Shown here: piece after piece, positions 36,823 through 46,049 of the stretch
How the letters are laid out: the number at the start of each line of letters is the position of its first letter
How positions within the stretch are numbered: position 1 is the first letter of the stretch
From: Pseudomonas phage HPP-Temi
Length of the DNA: 64,000 bases
Sequence record: PP968062.1
Reading direction: 5' to 3' (one strand)
Notes under the pieces: model-generated
Databases searched by the model: none
Seen by the model: only the letters and a program-made list of their open reading frames with translations
What the model was told of the DNA's origin: nothing
Position numbers and translations under genes: made by a program

Positions 36823-37225
36823 ACTCCACTATTAAGTAGACTGTATCGGATTTCTCATCAAAGTAAACTTTTCTATTCCGATAGTCCAGAACCAACGCAT
36901 CCGGAATCATGTAACCAATTGCCTTTACCCGGTTCATCACGAACTGTACGATCTTGTCATCGAGCTCAACTCTTCTCTCTTCCGGTACCTCTTGCAGTGT
37001 ACGATAACCGAATATCAGTAGAATCGAGTCTTCCAGATTGCTTACTTTGTAACGTCCAGTTTCAGGATCAAACCCGATACCATGATCTACTTGCCAACAG
37101 ATCGTACTGGCAATAAGATCCACGATACCATCAGTACCGATATAGTCCCGGATCTCATAGAAGCTCTCGTCGATGAGCCCAATGAAGTCCGAACCTTTGA
37201 AAGTTAATAATAGCTGTTCTTTCAC
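36809..37225 (-). CDS. hypothetical protein (~139 aa from the GTG; the ORF is open to the ATG at 37243)
   Basis: The first ATG (37243) is the TATG of the upstream hairpin tail and has no SD. The GTG at 37225 has GGAG 9 nt upstream. Confidence 0.45.
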   Translation of the reverse strand: MKEQLLLTFKGSDFIGLIDESFYEIRDYIGTDGIVDLIASTICWQVDHGIGFDPETGRYKVSNLEDSILLIFGYRTLQEVPEERRVELDDKIVQFVMNRVKAIGYMIPDALVLDYRNRKVYFDEKSDTVYLIVEYEVA

Positions 37226-37270
37226 GATTTGACACTCCGGCATAAAGCCTCCAATAAAGGAGGCCCTATG

Positions 37271-38290
37271 TTAGTTGTTTTCCAAATACCAGCGTTCTGC
37301 GATAGCACGTTGTTCCGGAGGCAGGTAATCGTTACGGAGGAAAGATGCAACGAGATCCATCATTTCTTTTTCAGTGCGATCAGTGACTTTGGTTTCATAC
37401 AAAGCCAAGATGTTACTGGAGCTGTATTCCAAGCTGTACTTCTTATCACGTTTAACGTAAGTAGAGAAGTAGCTCAGGCCAAATGCTGCAATGACCTTAC
37501 GCACGTAGTTCTGTTTGAAGTCCTCCATGTTGGCAATACCAACCAGAGCAAACATGTCATCGTTCAGTTGGGGACAGATCGGGTCCAGATGAATCATCGG
37601 ATACATCGTGGTCAGGGTATCCAGGAAGACCGCAGCCATTGCACGGTTAGGATTCTGTAGGAAGTCGATTACTCGTTGAACACGAGCAGGTGTACGTTGT
37701 TTACCCATCATTGCAACTGCGCGAGTCAGGGTGTTCGGATCACGCATCACTGCGCCAAATGTACGCATGAACTCGCTATGCAGATACGATACCAACGAGG
37801 TACAGTTCAGAGCGATCTCAGCATGACTATCATCGTTGTGTTGATCAGTCAGTCGATAGTATTCTTGAATACGATGGTCTTCACCTTCAGCCAGGCCGAT
37901 CAAGCCACCAACGCTAACCGGTTTCCACTCAATGTAGGTACGACGATCGATGTGATGTTCGAGTTGTTTATCAATCTCGATATTCACGCCTTCCCAGATT
38001 GCGTCACTAGCGAAAGCCTTATAGACTTCCAATTGTTTCTCATCTAGGGTTCCAGGTTGAACACCAAACAGTGCTCCTGCTTTATAAGCTTCATAGTCGA
38101 TCTCGGTTTCGAATGCACTCCGGCTAGTAAGGATCTCTTTAACAGTCAGGAATACCAACTGAGTTGCGGTACTACGAGTAGGCCGCGGGAGAACCAGTTG
38201 TGGATTGCTTTTAGTAAAGTGTTCGAGATACGCAAACAGGACATCTACCTGTGGTTGAATCTCTAGCACTACAAACCGTTTGGACGACAT
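37271..38290 (-). CDS. hypothetical protein (339 aa)
   Basis: GGAG SD. Confidence 0.6.
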   Translation of the reverse strand: MSSKRFVVLEIQPQVDVLFAYLEHFTKSNPQLVLPRPTRSTATQLVFLTVKEILTSRSAFETEIDYEAYKAGALFGVQPGTLDEKQLEVYKAFASDAIWEGVNIEIDKQLEHHIDRRTYIEWKPVSVGGLIGLAEGEDHRIQEYYRLTDQHNDDSHAEIALNCTSLVSYLHSEFMRTFGAVMRDPNTLTRAVAMMGKQRTPARVQRVIDFLQNPNRAMAAVFLDTLTTMYPMIHLDPICPQLNDDMFALVGIANMEDFKQNYVRKVIAAFGLSYFSTYVKRDKKYSLEYSSSNILALYETKVTDRTEKEMMDLVASFLRNDYLPPEQRAIAERWYLENN

Positions 38291-38306
38291 TGTATTGCTC
38301 CGTTTG

Positions 38307-38711
38307 TTAATTGATAGGTATTGACAAGTAGATTACAGAACCGATTCGTTTGTAACCAACATGCATCCCAGAAGCTTCCACTGGAAGATTGAGTATGTTG
38401 TACAGTAATGATCGTGCATCGGTCTGGGCATTCATCCATTCGATTTCACGTTGGGTGTTCCTATAAGGAGCATACCCCATCACGTAACAACATTGGAAAG
38501 AGTTTATGGAGTTCTGAATGAAATCATCGATCAACCGATTCTTTGCTTCGACTAATAGCCCAGCAATTTCCACAGTATCTAGTCCGACCATCTCACAAGC
38601 TTTGACTCTAGCTAAAGCCATGAAGGGCGGTCTAGTGATCTCATTAATGACTCCGATCAGATCGAAGGCATGTAACTGAACTTGCCGTTGTACTTGAAAG
38701 TTTTGTAACAT
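38307..38711 (-). CDS. hypothetical protein (134 aa)
   Basis: A promoter-like element lies 30 nt upstream. The SD is weak. Confidence 0.5.
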   Translation of the reverse strand: MLQNFQVQRQVQLHAFDLIGVINEITRPPFMALARVKACEMVGLDTVEIAGLLVEAKNRLIDDFIQNSINSFQCCYVMGYAPYRNTQREIEWMNAQTDARSLLYNILNLPVEASGMHVGYKRIGSVIYLSIPIN

Positions 38712-38737
38712 TTTAGTATTCCGGAAATCACTCAGAA

Positions 38738-38768
38738 CTATGATATAGATTTGAAATCTTTTAAAATC
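38738..38768 (-). promoter_or_regulatory. early-promoter-like element, subfamily A variant (cTATGATATAGATTTgaaatcttttaaaatc)
   Basis: Near-identical to the copy at 28691. Confidence 0.4.
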
Positions 38769-38858
38769 GCCACAGAACCCCGTTGTATATGATACCCCTC
38801 CTGGGTATTATCTCCATTAGGGTTTATTCACTGGTGAGCTTCCTAGGGGCGTTAAAAC

Positions 38859-39671
38859 ATGAATGCTATTCAATACGCACTTCGCGATTTGCCTTTCCGG
38901 ATCCCCCGTCAGATTCTAGAGTCTGTTTTCATTGGTAAAGAAGCAGCAGAGAATGCTGCTGTTTGCGGTGAAGTAATTTCTCTAGAAACCCGGATTCGTG
39001 AGGCGGTATTAGAACCACGTGTCTTTGCAGACATGAACTTGATTGGCGGTAGTAAGACTTACATTCCGCTGGACTTCCCTGTTAAGTCCGAGTACGTCGA
39101 TCCGTACACAGTTATTTACTACATCCCCGATGAGTATACCCAACAACGTCCCATTGTTCAGGTATTTAGTATCCACTTCGGTATCCTGGGTTACCAGAAC
39201 TCTGGGTATGCCATGCATTACAACGAATCCACAATCGGTGCTGAATCTCGTAAGGTACTGGACTCTGCTCGTCGTTTGCCTGTAGCTCAGACTGCTTACA
39301 TCAACTTGATCAACCATAACACCGTAATGGTTCGCTTCATCTATTTACCTTCGCACGCTGCCTATCTAGCATGCCGTTTGGGTAACGATGACGAGCTGTT
39401 GAATATTCGTCCTCAAGCAATTCCCGTTTTCTCTAAGCTCGTTGAGTATGCTGTTAAGGCTTACTGCTATAATGAGCTATACATCAGCATGGGCGAGGCT
39501 CAGTTGTCTGGTGGTCAAGAGCTCGGTGTATTCCGTGATAAGGTTTACGAATGGTCTGAAGCAAATGATCTCTATGACGAGCAGCTGAAGAAGTGGAGGA
39601 AGGTATCCCGGAACTTCAATGATCCTGAAGGTAACCGACACCATATCCGTACAATCATGGCGGCGCCTTAA
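38859..39671 (+). CDS. hypothetical protein (270 aa)
   Basis: Plus-strand ORF in a two-gene plus-strand island. The SD is weak (AGGGG). Confidence 0.55.
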   Translation: MNAIQYALRDLPFRIPRQILESVFIGKEAAENAAVCGEVISLETRIREAVLEPRVFADMNLIGGSKTYIPLDFPVKSEYVDPYTVIYYIPDEYTQQRPIVQVFSIHFGILGYQNSGYAMHYNESTIGAESRKVLDSARRLPVAQTAYINLINHNTVMVRFIYLPSHAAYLACRLGNDDELLNIRPQAIPVFSKLVEYAVKAYCYNELYISMGEAQLSGGQELGVFRDKVYEWSEANDLYDEQLKKWRKVSRNFNDPEGNRHHIRTIMAAP

Positions 39672-39689
39672 GAGCGAAGGTGTTTTTAT

Positions 39690-40607
39690 ATGTTCGAGTC
39701 TCTACTCGCTACATTAGTTAAAGCTAATCTTGGGTGGCAGGGGATTCCCGTACAGGGTCCTAACATGCCTGTTACTCGGGTAGGTGCGCCTGCAACTCTA
39801 CTTAATGGTAAAGTGTATATTGCAGGTGGTGGCACGCAAGGTGGGACAAACGGCATATCCACCACGACATTAATGACGTATGATCTCGCCACTGGTACGT
39901 ATGATCAAAACTTCAGTACTGTTCCATCGTCTGTATATTTCTCTGGTATCGTTAATGACGGAACTTATCTATATCACCTAGGTGGGGCTACATTCCCTGG
40001 TAATGCTGTTAATAGCACCTTTGTTAGAATTGATCCAGTTACAAAAGAAAAGCTGGTTTTGAAATCGCCACCGGTGGCACGGTATGATTTCCATATGTTC
40101 TATGAGTCAGGCTTTATTTACACGTATGGCGGTACCCCGTCAAACGACGTGCTAATGAAATATAATATCGCTACTGACACATGGGAAACTGTAACCCAGC
40201 CAACTCTTCGTCCGCCAGCTAGAACTTCTTCTGCTAGTGTTTATTTGAATGGTAAATTCTATCTAATTGGTGGCGTTAGTAATCGTAGCGATTTCTGGGA
40301 ATATACGTTGTCCACAAATACGTGGGTACAACTAAGTAACTTCCCGATCACTACCTGGGTTGGTAGTGGTTTCACTATGGAAGGTCGGATATTCCTGATG
40401 CCTGGTGCACCATTAATCAATAACAGCGCTAATAAAAATATCTACGAATATTTGCCCAATGAGAATAAATGGGTATTGTTCAAGAACGTAGCTAACATTG
40501 TATTCAATTCGAGTATAGTGTCAGATGGAAAGCGTTTGTATTGTTTCGGTGGATCTGGTAACAGTTCTGTTAACGCAGCCAGTAACGCAATGTATTATCT
40601 AAAGTAA
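39690..40607 (+). CDS. Kelch-repeat beta-propeller protein (305 aa)
   Basis: Six repeats of the form hydrophobic-x-GG...Y/W: KVYIAGGGTQGG..TYDLATGTY, YLYHLGGATFPGN, FIYTYGGTPSN..DTWE, KFYLIGGVSNRSD..NTWV, RIFLMPGAP..NKWV and RLYCFGGSGNS. GAAGGTG SD. Confidence 0.6.
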   Translation: MFESLLATLVKANLGWQGIPVQGPNMPVTRVGAPATLLNGKVYIAGGGTQGGTNGISTTTLMTYDLATGTYDQNFSTVPSSVYFSGIVNDGTYLYHLGGATFPGNAVNSTFVRIDPVTKEKLVLKSPPVARYDFHMFYESGFIYTYGGTPSNDVLMKYNIATDTWETVTQPTLRPPARTSSASVYLNGKFYLIGGVSNRSDFWEYTLSTNTWVQLSNFPITTWVGSGFTMEGRIFLMPGAPLINNSANKNIYEYLPNENKWVLFKNVANIVFNSSIVSDGKRLYCFGGSGNSSVNAASNAMYYLK

Positions 40608-40622
40608 AAAAAATAAAGCATA

Positions 40623-40646
40623 GCCCCTACCCGAAGGTAGGGGCTT
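40623..40646. terminator. hairpin agcccctacc-CGAA-ggtaggggct (identical to 29822), with an A8 run before and TTTATG after
   Basis: Bidirectional, between convergent genes. On the minus strand it is followed by TTTATTTTTTTTAC. Confidence 0.6.
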
Positions 40647-40653
40647 TATGCCA

Positions 40654-40884
40654 TTACGATAAACGTTCCAAACAATCCAGAACATCGACCGGATCACACT
40701 TCATGCAGAGGAGATCAGAAACCGAAGCAGAAGACTCGGCTACGAGTTCCAGATTCCCGTCGTTGATGATGACCTTATCACCCTGAACAAAGACATCCCA
40801 ATCACCATAGGTCCAACGACCTTGAGGATTGGCTTCAACAACACGTTTGGTTTCAGCTTGAACTTTATCGAAGAAAGCTTGCAT
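40654..40884 (-). CDS. hypothetical protein (76 aa from the internal ATG)
   Basis: The ATG at 40884 has AAGGA upstream and avoids overlap with 40896..41120. Confidence 0.45.
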   Translation of the reverse strand: MQAFFDKVQAETKRVVEANPQGRWTYGDWDVFVQGDKVIINDGNLELVAESSASVSDLLCMKCDPVDVLDCLERLS

Positions 40885-40895
40885 GTTGATATTCC

Positions 40896-41120
40896 TTATA
40901 CGTTTTTCAGGATGGTTACGATCATCTGTTTCGGAGTTACACCCAGACCCAAGCAATAACGACGGAACGTATCGCAAGGTTGAGTGGCTTTCCGGTCAAT
41001 GACGTTAAGATGGAAGCACATGTTACCACGGGCATCCAAGATGGTTACGAACTTACTATTACTGGTTACTCGGTAATCACGACCGAGAACCTTTACGGTT
41101 TTGTACGCATGGCTATTCAT
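40896..41120 (-). CDS. hypothetical protein (74 aa)
   Basis: AAAGG SD. A subfamily-B promoter-like element lies 34 nt upstream. Confidence 0.45.
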   Translation of the reverse strand: MNSHAYKTVKVLGRDYRVTSNSKFVTILDARGNMCFHLNVIDRKATQPCDTFRRYCLGLGVTPKQMIVTILKNV

Positions 41121-41150
41121 GTCGTGATACCTTTAGGGTTTATTATCACG

Positions 41151-41186
41151 TTTGTAATATAGCCTTTAAATTGGTTTGAATGTAAA
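41151..41186 (-). promoter_or_regulatory. early-promoter-like element, subfamily B (TTTGTAATATAGCCTTTAAATTGGTTTGAATGTAA)
   Basis: Identical over 35 nt to the copy at 54525. Confidence 0.5.
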
Positions 41187-41203
41187 AAGAAAAACGGAAT
41201 AAA

Positions 41204-41223
41204 GCCCACCCCGAAGGGTGGGC
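41204..41223 (-). terminator. hairpin gcccacc-CCGAAG-ggtgggc
   Basis: Family member downstream of 41243..41671. Confidence 0.5.
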
Positions 41224-41242
41224 TATTCTTTAGCAAGTCTAA

Positions 41243-41671
41243 TCACCAGTAGCGGCGAAGGAAGACATCGAGATCTTGTACAGCGCGATGGTCTTTAGCA
41301 CGGATTTTGGGGTCACGTGTTTCCACCTTCTCCAGAGCCTCAAAAGATTCTTTCAGATGGGTCGGATGGAGTACTTGAATCTCGTAGCTGTTAACTACTT
41401 GTTTCTGTTGCTCCGGTGTCATTTTCCGCAAACGGGTGAAATCGTAGAAGATGATGAACTTACCTTGATCATCTTCAGTCTCCTCGTTCCCTGCTTCAAT
41501 CCAACGATTGTACTGAGCGGGGGTCAAGAAGATGTCGATGGTATTGACTTCCTTACGCAGGTTGTAAATAACCATTGCACTGAGGTGACCTAGAGCCATC
41601 TCTTCCGGTGGACACTTGTTGGTAGTTGCCCAGGTTTTCATGATTTCGACAATGTGTTCACGTTGGGACAT
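41243..41671 (-). CDS. hypothetical protein (142 aa from the internal ATG; the track ORF starts at the GTG at 41749)
   Basis: The ATG at 41671 avoids a 52-nt overlap. Confidence 0.45.
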   Translation of the reverse strand: MSQREHIVEIMKTWATTNKCPPEEMALGHLSAMVIYNLRKEVNTIDIFLTPAQYNRWIEAGNEETEDDQGKFIIFYDFTRLRKMTPEQQKQVVNSYEIQVLHPTHLKESFEALEKVETRDPKIRAKDHRAVQDLDVFLRRYW

Positions 41672-41697
41672 GTGGGTTACTCGATAGTGATTACATA

Positions 41698-41946
41698 TCA
41701 GTAGTTTTGGAGTGTCTTTCCAATACAGAACTGAGCCGTGCTGATCCACTGCCGAACCTCACCCTGCGTAGAGGTGAGCTCGATCTCATCTCCTTTCAAT
41801 GTAGCGGTGAGGTACTCTTTAGTATGTCCACGCGACCGACTGGTCAGAGTGATAACGTCACCTTTCTTCTTTACAGCCAGGCGAGTATAGCTGTCACCCG
41901 CAACACAGGTTTCATCCAGCCCGAGATCGAGCCACTCGCGAATCAT
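41698..41946 (-). CDS. hypothetical protein (82 aa from the internal ATG)
   Basis: The ATG at 41946 lies 14 nt after the upstream stop. The longer ORF to 42051 would overlap by 92 nt. Confidence 0.4.
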   Translation of the reverse strand: MIREWLDLGLDETCVAGDSYTRLAVKKKGDVITLTSRSRGHTKEYLTATLKGDEIELTSTQGEVRQWISTAQFCIGKTLQNY

Positions 41947-41959
41947 TTCTTTAAGCTGT

Positions 41960-42526
41960 TCATGTGGGCTTTGCACAAGACTTCTCCATTTCTTTAATTG
42001 CCAGTAGAATACCAGCACGTGATGGAACGGGTTCATCACCAGAGTAATCAAACGTCACTACCTTATTGGTGAGGTCGACCTCTACGGGCCATTGTCTCAG
42101 ACGCGACGCGGTATGACGGATCCACAGAATATCCTTATCGATAGGAGAGCTGTAGAACTCCAGGTTATTATGCACACTGTCCTTCCACGATTCACGGGGA
42201 AGTTTGGACACCCAATCGACTACAGTCTTTTCGAACGAACGATTGACGATGAACTGTAGCGCGTTGTAGATTTCCTCTTGAACACTTTCCTGATCTTCCG
42301 CCCAAAGGCAGTTGATGCGATCAAGACGTTTCGAAAGGGGATCAAGTTCAAACACAACGTCCGGGCACAGGCGTTTACTAGGATCAGTACCCTGCATCAA
42401 AATAGAACGTTGGTCCGGGGAATACCAGAGTTGGAGATGGCGTTTGGTCCGAGTATCGATACATGCAGAACGCTGACGGCCGAGAAGTCTCCAGATCTGG
42501 ATCAGGGTAGCAATATCGTTAAACAT
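41960..42526 (-). CDS. hypothetical protein (188 aa)
   Basis: AGGAGA SD. Confidence 0.55.
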   Translation of the reverse strand: MFNDIATLIQIWRLLGRQRSACIDTRTKRHLQLWYSPDQRSILMQGTDPSKRLCPDVVFELDPLSKRLDRINCLWAEDQESVQEEIYNALQFIVNRSFEKTVVDWVSKLPRESWKDSVHNNLEFYSSPIDKDILWIRHTASRLRQWPVEVDLTNKVVTFDYSGDEPVPSRAGILLAIKEMEKSCAKPT

Positions 42527-42546
42527 TTCTGTCTCCTAAGGACATA

Positions 42547-42568
42547 TGCTCTCCCTTTCACGGGAGAG
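42547..42568 (-). terminator. hairpin gctctccc-TTTCAC-gggagagc followed by ATTTATG
   Basis: Family variant with a 6-nt loop. Confidence 0.45.
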
Positions 42569-42571
42569 CAT

Positions 42572-43069
42572 TTATGCCGCTTTTTCTTTTGATGTTTCGG
42601 TTAGTAACACACCCCATCCGGGATGACTCTTTCGGTTGAACAGTAACGGCTTACTTCGTATATACGGAGCATCCTCTGTTAGAACGGTGAATGTACAATG
42701 ACCGGGGTTGTCATCAATCTTGAAATAGAAGTTATCTTTCAGGTCATCTACCTTAGTAATGTTCAGTGGAATCAACATCCCACCCCCATGAACATACCAA
42801 CGTTTGTAAATCCTTTTAGCAAGCCTATCCTCGACCACGGGATTAGACTGGAACCGAGCTATCCTCAAACGCATTCCATTGACTTCAGACCACGCATCAA
42901 CTTTGTCGTAACATGTAACTCCGTCCTTCTGGAATACAAATACAAAGCCTTCAAGAACGCCGACTAGTGTGACGGCATGGTGTAACATCGCTGTGTAACT
43001 GGAGAGTTCGAGGTCAAGCTCAGCTGCCATTAGCTCATCGAGCTTTTTCGCTGCTGACTTAGCCATCAT
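42572..43069 (-). CDS. hypothetical protein (165 aa)
   Basis: ORF on the coding strand. Confidence 0.55.
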   Translation of the reverse strand: MMAKSAAKKLDELMAAELDLELSSYTAMLHHAVTLVGVLEGFVFVFQKDGVTCYDKVDAWSEVNGMRLRIARFQSNPVVEDRLAKRIYKRWYVHGGGMLIPLNITKVDDLKDNFYFKIDDNPGHCTFTVLTEDAPYIRSKPLLFNRKSHPGWGVLLTETSKEKAA

Positions 43070-43146
43070 TCCTCCTTAGAGGTTCAATCAGGTTTCATTG
43101 GTGATTCCTTACTTCTGTGGGTTAGTACAAAGGATTGTGGTATCAG

Positions 43147-43569
43147 TTAAAGCTTCGCATAACGCTCATAGCGAGCGATACCACGTTCACTGACGTCCTT
43201 ACGCCACTTAACCATTTCAACGGCGTTCTGACGCGCTACAGTGGCCCAGCCGCGTGCATCATCCATACGGGTACGTTGTTGGATAGGGCTGCCCGACAAT
43301 GCTTCGACGAACTCATCGTCAGGAAGATCTTCTTCTTTGTAGAAGGAATCGTCAGCCTGGATGAAATACACCAGATGCTGGAGAGCTGCTCGGGTTTCTG
43401 AATCGCTAACCAATGCCTTCATTGCAGAACGCATGGTGTTGTTATCGACATCACAGTAGATAGCCAGTTCGCCAATGGTAATACGATCACCTTGGGAAAC
43501 CGTACGCATCAGAGCTTCAGTACTATCAACAGCGATCTTTGTAAAACGTTCAGCGGTAAGCTTGATCAT
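43147..43569 (-). CDS. hypothetical protein (140 aa from the ATG; the track ORF starts at the TTG at 43584)
   Basis: AGGGAA SD. The ATGA overlaps the upstream stop. Confidence 0.5.
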   Translation of the reverse strand: MIKLTAERFTKIAVDSTEALMRTVSQGDRITIGELAIYCDVDNNTMRSAMKALVSDSETRAALQHLVYFIQADDSFYKEEDLPDDEFVEALSGSPIQQRTRMDDARGWATVARQNAVEMVKWRKDVSERGIARYERYAKL

Positions 43570-43808
43570 TTTTGTTCCCTGCAAATGAAAACGATTTTGG
43601 TGGAACGGTTCACGTTACTCACATGGAGTTCGTTATTGTCTCCACGATGATAATCCGCGATCCAGTTATTACTGTTATACAAACTGCGGTGTTGCTGAAC
43701 TACCGCTTTACATACATCAAGAGAAGACACAGGTACAGTTGATTCCTTTACCGATGGAAGTTCGCCAACCACGGCAGTAGAAATAACAGTAGCTAGAACC
43801 CAAGACAT
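43566..43808 (-). CDS. small protein with a signal-peptide-like N-terminus (80 aa)
   Basis: MSWVLATVISTAVVGELPS.... GGAG SD. Confidence 0.5.
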   Translation of the reverse strand: MSWVLATVISTAVVGELPSVKESTVPVSSLDVCKAVVQQHRSLYNSNNWIADYHRGDNNELHVSNVNRSTKIVFICREQK

Positions 43809-43823
43809 AATTAATCTCCAAGA

Positions 43824-43841
43824 CGGAATAAAAGGGGAGCC
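43824..43841 (-). terminator. hairpin ggggagc-CGAA-gctcccc
   Basis: Downstream of the PhuZ gene. Confidence 0.5.
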
Positions 43842-43857
43842 GAAGCTCCCCAGTTAT

Positions 43858-44805
43858 TTACAGAACGAAACCGTCATCAGAACGGTTGTCATCGATATCA
43901 ACGATTGCTGCACGCTGGGTATAGCGAACCTGCTGACGATGGTGTTCTTGTTTCTGATCCAGCAGCGATTTGATGCGTTCCTGAATACCTACCGAATTGA
44001 TTACGAAGTGCAGCTGTTCAGACAGAGCATCTTCATCTTCCGGAGAGGCGATACCAACAGTGCGAACGAACGGGTTACCATAGGCAACTTCTTTCGCGGC
44101 ATCGGTGTACAGGGAAGCAACAGAGATCATCTCGGGAACTGCGGCAGCTTCCTGACGAGAAGTGTGGATGTGCAGTTCACACAGTTGCGGCTGGATGTAG
44201 CTGTGCTTGTTGGTGAAACGAGCCCAGTGATCCAGGTCCAGAACATCCAGACGAGCGTGCTTCTGGTTGGACAGGTAGATCAGCGAGTGTACAGCGAACA
44301 CTGCATCTTTGTCGATCTCGGAGTATGCGACGCCATTGACGTTCTCGATCGGACAGATGCTGATCGGAGTATTGGTTGCAGCAGCGATACCTTCCAGGGT
44401 CTTCATGGTGTCGATGTCGTTCTGAAGAACTTCAGTCGATTCAATACCACTGATGACCACAGCTACAACAGTCTCACCAGCTTTTGCCAGAGCCGATACC
44501 AGCAGCGGACCGAGAACCGAACCAGAACCACCACCCATGGAGAACAGAACAACGTTGAAGTCGCCTGCCGGGTAGCGTTCGAGGAAAGGAGCGATCTGAT
44601 GACGAACCTTCGGCATGATGAATGCACGATTCTTACCTGCACCACGGGTACCCTCTGTCAGGTAGACGCGTTCAAGATCGTGATCAGCAGTCACGTTCTT
44701 ATCGCAGGTATCGATGTACACCAGATCCGGATGCCATTGAAGGTTGACGCCAACGTTCAGACCAGCACCACCACAGCAGTATACACGAGTTTTAACTTTA
44801 GTCAT
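43858..44805 (-). CDS. phuZ: PhuZ-like phage tubulin (315 aa)
   Basis: N-terminal GTP-binding loop RVYCCGGAGLNVG. Tubulin/FtsZ signature variant SMGGGSGSVLGPLL. An acidic C-terminal tail ...DIDDNRSDDGFVL. AGAGGA SD. Confidence 0.8.
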   Translation of the reverse strand: MTKVKTRVYCCGGAGLNVGVNLQWHPDLVYIDTCDKNVTADHDLERVYLTEGTRGAGKNRAFIMPKVRHQIAPFLERYPAGDFNVVLFSMGGGSGSVLGPLLVSALAKAGETVVAVVISGIESTEVLQNDIDTMKTLEGIAAATNTPISICPIENVNGVAYSEIDKDAVFAVHSLIYLSNQKHARLDVLDLDHWARFTNKHSYIQPQLCELHIHTSRQEAAAVPEMISVASLYTDAAKEVAYGNPFVRTVGIASPEDEDALSEQLHFVINSVGIQERIKSLLDQKQEHHRQQVRYTQRAAIVDIDDNRSDDGFVL

Positions 44806-44823
44806 TTCGATGTTTCCTCTTGA

Positions 44824-45126
44824 TTAACCTTCTACGATTGAAATCAGTTCGCCACGCTCAGCTTCGTTGAGCTGGGCAAACAGGTATTCACCTACTTCAG
44901 CAGAGAGGGCTCCGAGTTGCCATTGAGCTTTCTCTTCATCGGTAGCTTGAGCAAACACTTCCGGATGGATTTCTTCCAAGAATACCAGAGCGAGTTTATT
45001 GAACTGGCTCAGGGTATTGATGTTGAACTGGATAATGAACTTGTCGACTGCGCGCTTATCATCAAAGCAAACAGTCTTCGTGGTCATTCCAAAGTGAATG
45101 CTACCAAACTCTTCAATTTCACACAT
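44824..45126 (-). CDS. hypothetical protein (100 aa)
   Basis: ORF on the coding strand. Confidence 0.5.
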   Translation of the reverse strand: MCEIEEFGSIHFGMTTKTVCFDDKRAVDKFIIQFNINTLSQFNKLALVFLEEIHPEVFAQATDEEKAQWQLGALSAEVGEYLFAQLNEAERGELISIVEG

Positions 45127-45149
45127 AGTAACCGTAACTCCGGTATTTG

Positions 45150-45914
45150 TTAGCTAAGAACTAACTCTTGGTCTTTGAACGAATTGAGATAGACTTTAAC
45201 CTGAACATCGACTCCAAGATAGTAACCTACCATCAAGGTTACCGTACAGTTATCGTGAACCATGGTGTTAACAATGGATACATTGTCCAGATTAGCAAAA
45301 TTCTTGATTGTCGGCGTTATCCGATAAATCTTCGGAATCGACTCGAAGTCAAACTCGTGTCTTTCGCTAACCTTCAGCGTATTCAGATCCACGAACGTGA
45401 TTGTCTTTGGACGACAATATTCATCAACTTCGACATGTTTAATCGCAGATGGCGTATTCTCAGGAACTAGAAGCTGATATACACGATCATTACTGTAGAA
45501 AGTAATACGACCCATCTCTTGGTTCAGCCATTCAGTCGGCTTATAGAAACTAACTGAGTGCACCGCGGTATCAAAGCTCATGGAGCTCTGTACATCGAAG
45601 AATACGTAGCCATCGGAGATCATGTGCTCTACCAGTTTCTGATAGTGCTCACCCAGACGGTGTAAAGTTTGGCGAGTAGCAATAGAACCGAAGAACGCAC
45701 CCAAGTTCTGGCGGGTATGCTCCAGGTTAGATTCACTCGGAGCGTAAGTCTCCTCGAACTCTTTCTTGGTAACGTTCCATTCGGAGATCTTCAGGAAGAT
45801 GTCATTGGTAACAGGATGAACTGCACCAAAGGTGATTTCATCTACGTTTTCAATAACTAGGAAGTTTTTAAAGATCTCTTTGATCTTGGGGAACTCGGTT
45901 CCAATGGACTTCAT
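45150..45914 (-). CDS. hypothetical protein (254 aa)
   Basis: ORF on the coding strand. Confidence 0.55.
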   Translation of the reverse strand: MKSIGTEFPKIKEIFKNFLVIENVDEITFGAVHPVTNDIFLKISEWNVTKKEFEETYAPSESNLEHTRQNLGAFFGSIATRQTLHRLGEHYQKLVEHMISDGYVFFDVQSSMSFDTAVHSVSFYKPTEWLNQEMGRITFYSNDRVYQLLVPENTPSAIKHVEVDEYCRPKTITFVDLNTLKVSERHEFDFESIPKIYRITPTIKNFANLDNVSIVNTMVHDNCTVTLMVGYYLGVDVQVKVYLNSFKDQELVLS

Positions 45915-46039
45915 TTCTTTTCCTCTTTGGGGTGTACCAGGAAGGTAAAGCCCGATCCATCATTGTGGATCACCAGTTCCAGAGTACCACCCGTGTTGAT
46001 GGCATGTTGCATGAGACGGTTGTAATTGATTGCGCTCAT
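45911..46039 (-). CDS. small hypothetical protein (42 aa), not in the ORF track
   Basis: GAGGAAA SD, then ATG. MSAINYNRLMQHAINTGGTLELVIHNDGSGFTFLVHPKEEKK. Its stop overlaps the next ATG (AAATGAAG). Confidence 0.35.
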   Translation of the reverse strand: MSAINYNRLMQHAINTGGTLELVIHNDGSGFTFLVHPKEEKK

Positions 46040-46049
46040 TTGTATTTCC

